Assembly (NCBI GenBank): GCA_039819165.1
Contig: JBCBSM010000002.1
Span: 453,426-517,425, forward strand
Source of the DNA: Planctomycetota bacterium
GTDB taxonomy: Bacteria; Planctomycetota; Phycisphaerae; Phycisphaerales; UBA1924
Direction: 5' to 3'
Length of the DNA stretch: 64,000 bases
Shown here: in pieces, positions 1 to 9,438 of the stretch
How positions within the stretch are numbered: the first letter of the stretch is position 1
Layout: each line of letters begins with the position of its first letter
Notes under the pieces: model-generated
The model's input: the letters and a program-made list of their open reading frames with translations, nothing else
Databases searched by the model: none
What the model was told of the DNA's origin: nothing
Position numbers and translations under genes: made by a program

Positions 1-102
1 CCCGGCCCACGACGACGCCGACCGGACCGCCCGCGTCGCCGCACGGTTGCTCCTGGCCTTCCTCCAGGGGCGCAGCGAGCGCCGCACGAAGGGTCTTGCC
101 TG

Positions 103-1308
103 ATGGCGCCGGCGACCACCACCATCGCCAACGCCCGCATCCTCACGCTCGACCCGAGCCTCGGCGATGGGCCGCTGGGCATCGTCGGCCGCGGCTGGGT
201 CCGCTTCGACGACGACCGCGTGGCGGAGGTCCGCCCGGGCGATCCGTCGTCGCCGGCCGACCTCGACGCCGGCGGCCGGGTGCTCATGCCCGCCTTCGTC
301 GACTGCCACACGCACGCCTGCTGGGCGGGCGACCGCGTCGACGAGTGGTGCCTGCGGTGCGCGGGCGCGGACTACCTCGAACTGCTCGAGGCCGGTGGCG
401 GCATCATGAGCACCGTCCGCGCGGTGCGCGCCGCGTCGCAGCAGCAGCTCGCCGACGATCTCCTGGAACGGCTGGGCACGATGCTGCGACTGGGCACCGC
501 CGCCGTCGAGGTCAAGTCGGGCTACGGGCTGGCCACCGCCGACGAGTTGAAGATGCTCCACGCCATCACGGACGCCGGCGAACGCTGGCCGGGCCGCGTC
601 GTCCCCACTGCCTGCATCGGCCACGCCCTCGACCCCGACGCGCCCCGCGAGCGGTTCATCCGCACGACCATCGACGAGACGCTGCCCGCCGTCATCGCGG
701 AGTTCCCGGGCGTCGCCGTCGACGCGTACTGCGAGCGGGGCGCATGGACGATCGAGGAGTGCATCGAACTCTTCGAGGCCGCGCACGCCGCGGGCCACCC
801 GTGCCGCGTGCACGCCGACCAGTTCCACGCGCAGGGCATGACCCAGGCCGCCATCGAGCGCGGCTTCCTGAGCGTGGACCACCTGGAGGCCACCAGCGCC
901 AGCGGGCTGCGGACGCTCGCGAAGAGCAACACCTTCGGCGTGATGCTGCCCTGCAGCGGCTTCCACGTCGACCGCCGCTACGCGGACGCGCGGACCTTCC
1001 TGGACGCCGACGGCCGGCTCGCCATCGCCACCAACTACAACCCCGGCAGCGCACCCTGCCCCGGCATGCCCACGGCCATCGCCCTCGCCTGCCGCTTCAA
1101 TGGCACTCCGCCCATGACGCCCGAGGAGGCGATCATCGCCGCGACGCGGACGCCCGCGGCGCTGCTCGGCTTCGATGATGCCGGAAGGCTGGTGCCGGGC
1201 GCCCGGGCGGATGCGGTGCTGCTCCGGTACACGAGCGAACGCGAGCTAGCGCACACGTTTGGCGGCGATGCCGTCGAGCGGGTGTGGGTAGCCGGAACGC
1301 CGATCTAG
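103..1308 (+). CDS. hutI: imidazolonepropionase (amidohydrolase superfamily)
   Basis: 401-aa ORF with ATG at 103. Has the metal-binding HxH 'FVDCHTHA', plus 'EAGGGIMSTVRAVRAAS', 'VEVKSGYGL' and 'NYNPGSAPC', which are typical of HutI. Confidence 0.75.
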   Translation: MAPATTTIANARILTLDPSLGDGPLGIVGRGWVRFDDDRVAEVRPGDPSSPADLDAGGRVLMPAFVDCHTHACWAGDRVDEWCLRCAGADYLELLEAGGGIMSTVRAVRAASQQQLADDLLERLGTMLRLGTAAVEVKSGYGLATADELKMLHAITDAGERWPGRVVPTACIGHALDPDAPRERFIRTTIDETLPAVIAEFPGVAVDAYCERGAWTIEECIELFEAAHAAGHPCRVHADQFHAQGMTQAAIERGFLSVDHLEATSASGLRTLAKSNTFGVMLPCSGFHVDRRYADARTFLDADGRLAIATNYNPGSAPCPGMPTAIALACRFNGTPPMTPEEAIIAATRTPAALLGFDDAGRLVPGARADAVLLRYTSERELAHTFGGDAVERVWVAGTPI

Positions 1309-1928
1309 CGTGCGTGCGGATCGATGAGGTGGTCGTGCAATGCCCGTTCCACCTCGCGGACGTTGGGCACGCTCATGAAGCCGACCTCCTGCACGGAGCG
1401 GCGGGCGTCGCCGTCGCCGTCCCGCCAGCGCTTCTCGCGGCGCTCGAAGACCAGGTCGCCCGAGCCGTCGGACCGCTGGCGGCGCTCGAGCACGGCGAGG
1501 TCCTTGGCCCAGTGGCTCGACACCTGCGTGCCCCCGAACACCGCGCCCTGCCAGATGATCGCGCGGCGATCTGTAATGGCGTACAGCGACTTCTTGAGCC
1601 TCCGGCGATACCAGATCGGCGTGGACATCATGCCGAGCCCGACCAGCACGAACGGCAGGCCGAACAGCGGAAACACCGTCCCCATGACGCCGCCGCTGGG
1701 GCCGGGACCGCCCTGGCCGGGGCCGCCCATCCCGCCGATGAGCCCCGCCGCCCCGGCGATCCAGAATACCGCGAAGCCGGTGAAGGGAATGGAGAACAGC
1801 ACGGCCGACACGGTCGCCTTGTTGAAGGCCCGCGGCACGGGTCGGTCGGCCCACAGCACCCGCTCGTCGTCGCGCAGCTCGGGGGCGATGCGGGGATCCT
1901 GCGTGGGATCGGTGATCGGGAACACCAT
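1305..1928 (-). CDS. hypothetical membrane protein
   Basis: ORF 1305..2036(-); the likely start is the ATG at 1928 (MVFPITDPTQ). Two hydrophobic helices (VSAVLFSIPFTGFAVFWIAGAAGLIGG and VFPLFGLPFVLVGLGMM). Its stop overlaps the hutI stop. Confidence 0.5.
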   Translation of the reverse strand: MVFPITDPTQDPRIAPELRDDERVLWADRPVPRAFNKATVSAVLFSIPFTGFAVFWIAGAAGLIGGMGGPGQGGPGPSGGVMGTVFPLFGLPFVLVGLGMMSTPIWYRRRLKKSLYAITDRRAIIWQGAVFGGTQVSSHWAKDLAVLERRQRSDGSGDLVFERREKRWRDGDGDARRSVQEVGFMSVPNVREVERALHDHLIDPHAR

Positions 1929-2081
1929 GGCGAACGCTAGAACATCTTGGAGCGCTCCGTAGCGGCCTGCCGGCCGCACACCCGCTTCTTTGCGGCCTCG
2001 CCGGAGTGAATCCGGCGGGCCTACCCCGGCGCACACGCTACGCCCGGATCGAGTCTGCTCTGCGCCGCGTTAGGATTCGCC

Positions 2082-3197
2082 ATGCCGGCCGCCACAGAGC
2101 CATGCCCCTCACCCACGACCGGAGCGGCCCGCGCCTCCGCCATCGGCAGGCCGCTGGTCATCGGCGGAGTGCGGCTGTCGACCAACCTGCTGCTCGCACC
2201 CATCGCCAACTACTGCGACCTGGCCTTCCGCCTGATCTGCCGCGAGCAGGGCGGCGTGGGCCTGGCGTGCACGGACCTGCTCAGCCCCCAGGGCCTGCTG
2301 CGGGGGACGGCCACCTCGCTCGACCTGGCCCGCACCAACGCCGAGGACTCGCCGGTGGGCATGCAGCTCTACGGCGCGGATCCGGCGATCATGGCCCAGG
2401 GCGCCCGATGGGCGGCCGATCACGGCGCAACCATCGTCGACATCAACATGGGCTGCCCGGTCGACAAGGTGTGCAAGAAGGACGGCGGCAGCAAGCTGAT
2501 GTGCGACCCAGAACGAGCGATCCGCATCGCCGAGGCCGTTCGCACCGCCCTGCCCGACGGCGTGCCCCTGACCGCCAAGATGCGGCTGGGCTGGAGCGAG
2601 GCCGACTGCCGCAACGGGGTTGCCGGGGACCTCGCGGTGCGGCTCGTCGGCGTGGGCGTGTCAGCCATCACCGTGCACGGTCGGACCACCGAGATGAAGT
2701 TCTCGGGCGCCTGCCGCCGCGACGAGATCCGCCGCGTCGTCGAGGCCGTGAAGTCCGCGTCCCCCGACGTACCGGTCATCGGCAACGGCGACGTCCGCGA
2801 GCCCCGCCACGCCATCGCCATGCTCGAGGACACGGGCTGCGATGGCGTCATGATCGGCCGCGGGGCGCTGAGCACGCCCTGGATCTTCCGCGATGCCTGG
2901 ACCCTCCAGACCATGGGCCGCGTGCCGCCCGAGCCCAGCGACGCCGAGAAGCTGGCGATCGTGGAACGATTCTTCGATCTCATGGTGCGATACCGAGGCG
3001 AGCACTTCGCGATGACCCAGATCCGCCGCCGCATCAGCTGGTTCGGCAAGCGGATCAACGGCGGTCGCTGCAAGGACTTGAAGGAGTCGGTGCGGCTGGC
3101 AGGGACAATATCGGACGTTCGGCGGGCCCTCCGGCGTGGTTCTGGGGCCCCTCGTGCACATCGTGGGGTTCCCGCGCTACAGAAGGCCTTCTCCTAG
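2082..3197 (+). CDS. dusB: tRNA-dihydrouridine synthase
   Basis: 371-aa ORF with Dus family motifs LAPIANYCDLAFRL, VDINMGCPVDKVCKKDGGSKLM, ITVHGRT, IGNGDV and VMIGRGAL. Confidence 0.85.
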   Translation: MPAATEPCPSPTTGAARASAIGRPLVIGGVRLSTNLLLAPIANYCDLAFRLICREQGGVGLACTDLLSPQGLLRGTATSLDLARTNAEDSPVGMQLYGADPAIMAQGARWAADHGATIVDINMGCPVDKVCKKDGGSKLMCDPERAIRIAEAVRTALPDGVPLTAKMRLGWSEADCRNGVAGDLAVRLVGVGVSAITVHGRTTEMKFSGACRRDEIRRVVEAVKSASPDVPVIGNGDVREPRHAIAMLEDTGCDGVMIGRGALSTPWIFRDAWTLQTMGRVPPEPSDAEKLAIVERFFDLMVRYRGEHFAMTQIRRRISWFGKRINGGRCKDLKESVRLAGTISDVRRALRRGSGAPRAHRGVPALQKAFS

Positions 3198-3321
3198 CGC
3201 CCGGTTTTCGGTACACTGGGCCGAGAAATACGCCGGAACGCGACGCCGGCTGTTCCCTTGGGGGGGACGGCCGCCTCCCTCCCCGAATCACGCATCCGCG
3301 AAGCCGGCATGGAGAGTTGTG

Positions 3322-4413
3322 ATGACGAACATCAATCGCTGTGGAATGCTCGCCTCGATTGTCGGCCTCGCCGCCGGCGCCAGCCTCGCCCAGACCGACA
3401 ACGAGGCCTGGCTGCTGCCGGACAACCAGCCCCGCACCAGCGGCGGCTTCTCGGCCATCGGCGATTCGGTCGGCTGCCCGATCGACGTGGACACCATCAC
3501 CGGCGACCGCACCTGCCTCGGCGTCGAGTTCGCGTGGGGCTTCTACTGGATCAGCGGCCGCAACATCGACGGCGGCGACGTCCAGATGATCTACCAGCTC
3601 GATGAGGACTTCAACCTCGTCGACATGTACCTCCAGGAGACCGCTTCGCCGCTGTGGGGCGGCCGGGACGGCGAGGCCATCGAGTCCGAGAACGCCCTGT
3701 TCTTCGGCTCCGAGGGCGGCGAACTCGTCGAGTACCGCTACGACCCCTCGACCGAGCGCCTGGACCTGACGCAGACGACGGTCATCGAAACCGACGCGGC
3801 GGGCACCGTCCGCGCGCTGGCGTGGGACCCCGATCGCGAGGTCTTCTACACCAAGAGCTTCGGCGGCGAGATCGAGGTCTTCGATCGCGACGGCGTCTTC
3901 GTCGACCTGTTCCTGGACCCGGGCTTCAGCACTTATGGCGCCGGCTACGACCCGGTCAACGGCACGGTGTGGTTTAACGACTACATCGACCTGACCGTGG
4001 ACCCGCTGGTCAGCATCCCCAACGTGCGGGCCCAGGAATGGGACCCCGACACCGGTGCGCTCACGGGCCGGATCTTTGAGGCCATCTCGAGTTCGCCCGA
4101 TGGCACCGTTGGCTTCATCCCGGGCGGCATGGACGTGATCAGCGACGGCACTACCGTCACCGCGATCTTCATGAACCAGGCCGATCCGAACGACTTCGTG
4201 CAGGCGTTCGCCATCGAGGGCGATGGCGTCCCCTGTGACGCCGACTGCCGCGCCGACATCGACGGCGATGGCTCGCTGACCATCTTCGACTTCCTCGGCT
4301 TCCAGAACCTCTTTGACGCGGGCGATCTGGGTGCCGACTTCGACGGCGACGGCGTCCTGACCATCTTCGACTTCCTCGAGTTCCAGAACGAGTTCGACGC
4401 CGGCTGCCCGTAA
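3322..4413 (+). CDS. secreted protein with C-terminal paired dockerin/EF-hand-like repeats ending in Gly-Cys
   Basis: In-frame ATG at 3322 gives a signal peptide (MTNINRCGMLASIVGLAAGASLAQ). C-terminus is CRADIDGDGSLTIFDFLGFQNLFDAGD...DFDGDGVLTIFDFLEFQNEFDAGCP. The upstream part of ORF 3136.. overlaps the dus gene and is rejected. Confidence 0.75.
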   Translation: MTNINRCGMLASIVGLAAGASLAQTDNEAWLLPDNQPRTSGGFSAIGDSVGCPIDVDTITGDRTCLGVEFAWGFYWISGRNIDGGDVQMIYQLDEDFNLVDMYLQETASPLWGGRDGEAIESENALFFGSEGGELVEYRYDPSTERLDLTQTTVIETDAAGTVRALAWDPDREVFYTKSFGGEIEVFDRDGVFVDLFLDPGFSTYGAGYDPVNGTVWFNDYIDLTVDPLVSIPNVRAQEWDPDTGALTGRIFEAISSSPDGTVGFIPGGMDVISDGTTVTAIFMNQADPNDFVQAFAIEGDGVPCDADCRADIDGDGSLTIFDFLGFQNLFDAGDLGADFDGDGVLTIFDFLEFQNEFDAGCP

Positions 4414-4475
4414 GCGCCGCAGGAACCAGCATCTCGACGGTGACGGGGTGTTCGCCTCGCACCGATGAACGCACG

Positions 4476-4501
4476 GCGGGCCCTTGGGGCCCGCTTTTTT
4501 T
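4476..4501 (+). terminator. rho-independent terminator
   Basis: GCGGGCCC-TTG-GGGCCCGC hairpin followed by a T7 run, 60 nt after the stop at 4413. Confidence 0.8.
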
Positions 4502-4567
4502 GTGCGCCGTGGCCGGGCTACGCTCGGCTTCTTTCGATCCGTACGGCCCCCAAGCAGGAGCTCGCGT

Positions 4568-5824
4568 ATGTCCGGCGGCGACGTATTCGTAGATCAGGCG
4601 CTCCCCCGGCTCGAAGAAGCCGCCTCGCACTCCAGGGCCCACCCCGAGACGGTGGCGCGGCTCCGCCAGGCCGAGCTGTTCACCGAGGTGGCCATCCCCG
4701 TCCGCAAGGACGACGGCTCGCTCGAGGTCTTCACGGGCTATCGCTGCCGCTACAACACCGTCCGCGGGCCCGCCAAGGGCGGCATCCGCTTCCACCCCGA
4801 CGTCGACGCCGGCGAGGTGCGGGCGCTGGCGTTCTGGATGACCTTCAAGTGCGCCACGGTGGGCATCCCGCTGGGCGGCGGCAAGGGCGGCGTCATCGTC
4901 GATCCCAAGAAGCTCAGCCAGGCCGAGCTCGAGCGGCTCAGCCGCGGCTTCGTGCGGGGGCTTGCCGACGTCATCGGCCCGGACATCGACGTGCCCGCGC
5001 CCGACGTGTACACCAACCCCACCACCATGGCGTGGATGATGGACGAGTACAACACCATCAAGCGGGGCCACTTCCCCGGCGTGATCACGGGCAAGCCGGT
5101 GCCGCGGGGCGGCTCGGTCGGCCGCGGCGACGCCACGGCCCGCGGGGGGTACTACATCCTCAAGGACCTCGAGGAGAAGCGCGGCTGGACGCCCGAGGAC
5201 GTGACCGTCGCGATCCAGGGCTTCGGCAACGCGGGGCAGCACTTCGCCACGCTCGCGGGCAACGACGGCTACCGGATCGTCGCGGTCAGCGATTCGAGGG
5301 GCGGCATCCACGCCAAGGACGGCCTGGACGTCCAGAGCACCATCCAGACCAAGCTCGATTCGGGCCGGCTGCCCGACGCGGGCGAGTCGATCTCCAACGA
5401 GGACCTGCTCGAGCTGGACGTCGACGTGCTGGTGCCGGCGGCCCTGGAGAACGTCATCACCAAGGACAACGCCGGCCGCGTGCGCGCCGGGACGCTCATC
5501 GAGCTGGCCAACGGCCCGCTGACCGGCGACGCCGACAAGATCTTGCACAAGGCCGGCAGCCTCGTGGTGCCCGACATCCTCGCCAATGCCGGCGGCGTGA
5601 CCGTGAGCTACTTCGAGTGGACGCAGAACCAGAGCGGCTACTACTGGACCGAGGACACGGTGCACGAGCGGCTCCGCGAGATCATGGTCCGCGAGTTCAA
5701 CGCCGTGTACGACCTGGCCGAGGACAAGGACCTGCCGATGCGGACCGCCTGCTACGTGCACGCCCTGGACCGCCTGGCCGAGGCGATGGAGGCCACGGGG
5801 ACCGAGAAGCTGTTCGGGACGTAG
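4568..5824 (+). CDS. gdhA: Glu/Leu/Phe/Val dehydrogenase family, glutamate dehydrogenase
   Basis: Motifs GPAKGGIRFHP and IPLGGGKGGVIVDP (catalytic Lys region), Rossmann IQGFGNAGQ, and NAGGVTVSYFEWTQN. The ATG at 4568 (MSGGDVFVDQ) is preferred over the ORF start at 4484. Confidence 0.9.
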   Translation: MSGGDVFVDQALPRLEEAASHSRAHPETVARLRQAELFTEVAIPVRKDDGSLEVFTGYRCRYNTVRGPAKGGIRFHPDVDAGEVRALAFWMTFKCATVGIPLGGGKGGVIVDPKKLSQAELERLSRGFVRGLADVIGPDIDVPAPDVYTNPTTMAWMMDEYNTIKRGHFPGVITGKPVPRGGSVGRGDATARGGYYILKDLEEKRGWTPEDVTVAIQGFGNAGQHFATLAGNDGYRIVAVSDSRGGIHAKDGLDVQSTIQTKLDSGRLPDAGESISNEDLLELDVDVLVPAALENVITKDNAGRVRAGTLIELANGPLTGDADKILHKAGSLVVPDILANAGGVTVSYFEWTQNQSGYYWTEDTVHERLREIMVREFNAVYDLAEDKDLPMRTACYVHALDRLAEAMEATGTEKLFGT

Positions 5825-6103
5825 TTTCCCGGGCGGGCGTTCTGCGTTTGCTTGGTTTTCCCTCGGATCTGCGGTTCCGATCGTGACGGATAGCGGGGTT
5901 CGACGTCTCTAGGGATGTGGCGTCTTTGGCTGCCATCCGGCCCGGGATTGTGGTATCGTTTATGGGTGTCCGAGCCCAGCGAAGCCGCCCGAGCGGACCG
6001 GAGACGTCCAGGCCGGATCGCCGTGGATGGCCGAGCGAGAGACGACCGATCCTGAGCGGTGCCGACAGTCCCGCGAGAGACCCAAGCCCAAGGGGATACC
6101 GAC

Positions 6104-7255
6104 ATGGCCCATGCCCGACCACGCGTTGCCCTCCTAACCGCCCTGCCCGTGTTGCTCGTCGGACTGGCCGGCGCGACGGCGTCCGCGCAGTCGTCGGCCC
6201 AGCAGCGTGAGGTGCAGGACGGCGTGGCCGAGCCCGCGCCGAAGTTCGAGATCGAGTCGCAGGTGCTGGATTTCGGCCGCATCCTCGATACCGAAGAGGT
6301 CACGCGAGCCATCGTGTTCCGCAACGCGGGCGACGCGCCGCTCGAGATCGTGAACGTCCGGACGACCTGCGGCTGCACCGCGGCGGAGCCGCCAGACGGC
6401 CCGCTCGCCCCCGGCGAGAGCTTCGAGCTAGAGATCGGCTTCAACCCCATCGGCAAGCGGCCCGGCCAGCAGGAGCAATCGGTGACGCTCCGCACCAACG
6501 ACCGCGAGAACTCGGTGGTCGTCGTGAAGGTGCGCGCGAACATCCAGGCACTCGTGGCGGTCGAGCCCGCGTCGGTGAACATGGGCAGCGTCGCCAAGAA
6601 GGCGCGCAAGGACGCGATGATCTCGATCACGGGCATGACCTCGGACTTCGAGGCCCACACGATCACGATCGTGGGCGAGGGTTCGAAGTACTTCGAGACC
6701 GAGATCCTCGATCCGATGCAGATCGAGAACGAGGACGGCACGATCTCGCAGCGGACCGACATCATCGTGTCGCTCAAGGCCGACGCGCCCCCCGGGCGCG
6801 CGCAGGCCATGGCGGTGATCCGCACCAACGAGCAGCGCCGCCGCATCGTCAACGTCGGCCTGACCGCGGAGGTCAAGGGCGACGTCGTCATCAGCCCCAC
6901 GCGGATGCAGCTGGGCGTGCTGCGGGCCGGCGAGGGCGTGACCGAGACCATCGAGATCACCAACGCCAAGGGCCAGCCCTTCCGGGTCGTGGGCGTCGAG
7001 ATGCACCCGCTGGATCCGGCGGGCCTCAACCCCTTCCCGATCGAGTACGAGATCGTGCCGGCCAACCCCGATCCCGCCGCCACCGAGGCCGACAAGGCCA
7101 AGCCCAGCGATGCCTACCGGCTGACGCTGCAGGTGCCGGCGCAGGAGGCCGGTGGTCGCGTACGGGGCAGCATCGTGATCCGCACCGACGTGGCACTCGA
7201 GGAAGAGATCAAGATGCCCTACGTCGGCCGCGTTCGGGCCGCCACGGGCCAGTAG
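6104..7255 (+). CDS. DUF1573 domain-containing secreted protein
   Basis: Signal peptide MAHARPRVALLTALPVLLVGLAGATASAQ. Has the DUF1573 hallmark 'FRNAGDAPLEIVNVRTTCGCTAAEP' and repeated Ig-like segments. Confidence 0.7.
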   Translation: MAHARPRVALLTALPVLLVGLAGATASAQSSAQQREVQDGVAEPAPKFEIESQVLDFGRILDTEEVTRAIVFRNAGDAPLEIVNVRTTCGCTAAEPPDGPLAPGESFELEIGFNPIGKRPGQQEQSVTLRTNDRENSVVVVKVRANIQALVAVEPASVNMGSVAKKARKDAMISITGMTSDFEAHTITIVGEGSKYFETEILDPMQIENEDGTISQRTDIIVSLKADAPPGRAQAMAVIRTNEQRRRIVNVGLTAEVKGDVVISPTRMQLGVLRAGEGVTETIEITNAKGQPFRVVGVEMHPLDPAGLNPFPIEYEIVPANPDPAATEADKAKPSDAYRLTLQVPAQEAGGRVRGSIVIRTDVALEEEIKMPYVGRVRAATGQ

Positions 7256-7258
7256 CGG

Positions 7259-7903
7259 ATGCGCTTCGTCGGCTGGGTCGCGATCATCGTGCTCGTGTCG
7301 CTGGGCGCGGCCGTCGCGCATTCGATGATCTGGGAGATCACGACCGATCCCGCCGCGGCCCTCGCCGAAGCGCGGGCGCAGGGCCGGGCCGCCGCGCGTC
7401 CGCCGGCCGGCGATGGCGCGTCGCAGCCGGGCGGCGACTCGGGCGGCGACTCGGGCAGCGAAGTGGCCGACCCCACGGATCCGATCGAGGGTGATCGGGT
7501 CGAGGGCGGTCCGGGACCGGCGGCGGACGTCGCGGGCGCCGACGGGGACGCCGACCTGCCCGACTACTACGTGTCGATCGCCCGCGCCCGCGAGTTGTGG
7601 GACGAGGGCTACGACTTCATCGATGCCCGGACCGACCGCGAGCGGGAGATCGGCTGGGTCGAGGGCTCGTACCAGCTCGAGACCCGCAACTTCATCGACG
7701 GCAGCGCGTTCGGGGTGCTCGCGGGGCTCTCGCCCGAGCTGCCCATCATCGTGTACTGCGACGGCGGCGAGTGCGACGCCTCCGAGAACGTGGCGCTGCG
7801 GCTGCAGCAGAACGGCTTCACCGACATCTACATCATGCACGAGGGCTTCCCGGCCTGGGCCGAGGCGGGTCACCCGGTGGAGATGCCGGAGGGCGGGCCG
7901 TGA
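7259..7903 (+). CDS. rhodanese-like domain protein with N-terminal TM helix
   Basis: C-terminal rhodanese fold pattern: FIDARTDREREIGWVEGSYQL ... IIVYCDGGECDASENVALRLQQNGFTDIYIMHEGFPAWAEAGHP, with the active-site Cys in the CDGGEC loop. Confidence 0.75.
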   Translation: MRFVGWVAIIVLVSLGAAVAHSMIWEITTDPAAALAEARAQGRAAARPPAGDGASQPGGDSGGDSGSEVADPTDPIEGDRVEGGPGPAADVAGADGDADLPDYYVSIARARELWDEGYDFIDARTDREREIGWVEGSYQLETRNFIDGSAFGVLAGLSPELPIIVYCDGGECDASENVALRLQQNGFTDIYIMHEGFPAWAEAGHPVEMPEGGP

Positions 7904-8565
7904 GCGCGTGGCGGCGCTTCGACATCGGCCTCACGATGCTGGTGCGGGTGTTCCTCGCGGGCGTGTTTGGCTTTGCGGCGTACATGAAGCTGCAGAACCC
8001 GCAGGCGGCGCAGGCGTTCGCCGAGTCGATCAAGGCCTTCGGCATACTCGAGGAGGGGGCCCACGACCACGTGCTGCGGCTGTCGACCTTCGCGGTGCCG
8101 TGGACCGAGGCCATCTGCGCGGTGCTGCTGCTGATCGGCTTTAGGACCCGTGCGGCGGGATTCGTGCTGCTGGCGGCGATGGGCGTGTTCATCTGGGCGG
8201 TGGCCGACGTGCTGGCCGGCGGCCGGTCGGTGCAGTGCGGGTGCTTCGGAGACTTCAGCTGGCCCTGCGGCGACGTGGTGGGCAGCTGCCACCTGTGGCG
8301 GAACGGCGTGCTGGCGGCGCTGTGCCTGTTCGCGGTCGTGCGCGGCGGCGGGCCGGCGTCGATCGATGGGCTGCTCCACGGATCGGGCGGGAAGCCCGAG
8401 GACGACGCGGGGCCGGCCGGGGCGCCCGAGGCTCCGGATTTTGGGGACCGGCCCGCGCCGCCGCCGGCTCGCGCAGTCGAGGTGCCGCTGGCCCCGGCGA
8501 GCACGACCCCGCTATCATCTCCGCCCGCCGGGGATGACCCCGGTGGACGGCCCCGCTGGGATTAG
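7900..8565 (+). CDS. MauE/DoxX-family membrane protein
   Basis: GTG at 7900 overlaps the rhodanese stop (GTGA). Four hydrophobic helices (MLVRVFLAGVFGFAAYMKL, WTEAICAVLLLIGF, FVLLAAMGVFIW, VLAALCLFAVV) and a CGCFG motif. Pro/Ala-rich tail. Start is uncertain. Confidence 0.55.
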   Translation: MSAWRRFDIGLTMLVRVFLAGVFGFAAYMKLQNPQAAQAFAESIKAFGILEEGAHDHVLRLSTFAVPWTEAICAVLLLIGFRTRAAGFVLLAAMGVFIWAVADVLAGGRSVQCGCFGDFSWPCGDVVGSCHLWRNGVLAALCLFAVVRGGGPASIDGLLHGSGGKPEDDAGPAGAPEAPDFGDRPAPPPARAVEVPLAPASTTPLSSPPAGDDPGGRPRWD

Positions 8566-8647
8566 CGCCCGCGGGATCCCGGACGCATCAAACCGTCGCG
8601 CCCCGCCACCGAGGCCGGGCGCCCAAGACCACGACGGAAGGACGAGC

Positions 8648-8893
8648 ATGAGCAGGTTTTCTCGCTTCGGCGGCGGCCCCAACAAGAAGTCGGTCATCCA
8701 CACCTCCGGCAAGGGCGTGACCTATGTCGACTGGAAGGACGTGGACAACCTCCGCCGGATGATGAGCCCCAACGGCAAGATCTACGGCCGCAAGCGGCTG
8801 AGCACGACCGCCAAGGAGCAGGCGATGATTGCCCAGGCGATCAAGCGGGCCCGCTTCATGGGCCTGCTGCCGTACACGTCGGCGACGCTGTAG
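8648..8893 (+). CDS. rpsR: 30S ribosomal protein S18
   Basis: 81-aa product: ...VTYVDWKDVDNLRRMMSPNGKIYGRKRLSTTAKEQAMIAQAIKRARFMGLLPY. It lies inside the longer spurious ORF 8150..8893. Confidence 0.9.
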   Translation: MSRFSRFGGGPNKKSVIHTSGKGVTYVDWKDVDNLRRMMSPNGKIYGRKRLSTTAKEQAMIAQAIKRARFMGLLPYTSATL

Positions 8894-8898
8894 GCCTC

Positions 8899-9402
8899 GT
8901 GGGCGAGGCGGCCGCCCCAACCAGAAACTACGCGGGTCTTCTCGAGGCGTGCGAACGCTTCGGTGGCGATCGCGATGCGCGGATGCAGCTGTTCGTCGAT
9001 GCGGCCTGGGACGCCCTGCGCAACGCGGACGTCTCGTGGCTGGGCTTCTACATGCCCGATCCCAAAGATTGCACGCAGATGGTGCTGGGCCCGCGGCGGG
9101 ACAAGCCGGCGTGCTCACCCATCGGGCTGCATGGCGCCTGCGGGCAGAGCTATGCGGAGCGGATGACGCTGGTCGTGACCGACGTCGCGAATCTGGGGGA
9201 GGGCTACGTCGCGTGCGACCCCCGGGACCTGGCCGAGCTAGTCATCCCCGTGCTGGACGATGCCGGCGAGGCCTGGGGCGTGCTGGACCTCGATAGCTTC
9301 TCGCGCGGCGTCTTCGGCGAGCGGGACGCGGCGGAGCTGCACCGCGCGCTTCGCTCCGCCGGGCTGACGCACGGCGGAGCGCCCGCGGTGCGCATCATCT
9401 AG
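8899..9402 (+). CDS. GAF domain-containing protein (free Met-R-sulfoxide reductase-like)
   Basis: GTG start. Motifs WLGFYM, ACSPIGLHGACGQSY, VACDPRDLAELVIPV and AWGVLDLDS match the YebR/MsrC-type GAF pattern. Confidence 0.7.
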   Translation: MGEAAAPTRNYAGLLEACERFGGDRDARMQLFVDAAWDALRNADVSWLGFYMPDPKDCTQMVLGPRRDKPACSPIGLHGACGQSYAERMTLVVTDVANLGEGYVACDPRDLAELVIPVLDDAGEAWGVLDLDSFSRGVFGERDAAELHRALRSAGLTHGGAPAVRII

Positions 9403-9438
9403 CTGACGCGCGTGCCGGAATTCGCGTGCCTCTTGCCC

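Noticed and set aside
96-1178. 360-aa ORF in an alternative frame over hutI.
   Set aside because: Its composition is extremely Arg/Pro/Gly/His-rich. The overlapping frame at 103 has amidohydrolase motifs.
4169-5761. 530-aa ORF antisense to the glutamate dehydrogenase gene.
   Set aside because: This is a typical high-GC shadow ORF. Its composition is Arg/Gly/Ala/His/Val-rich with no motifs, while the sense strand encodes an unmistakable GDH.
6428-7873. 481-aa minus-strand ORF spanning the DUF1573 and rhodanese genes.
   Set aside because: It is antisense to two motif-supported genes and has low-complexity Arg/Gly/Asp/His composition. It is an open frame produced by GC3 bias.
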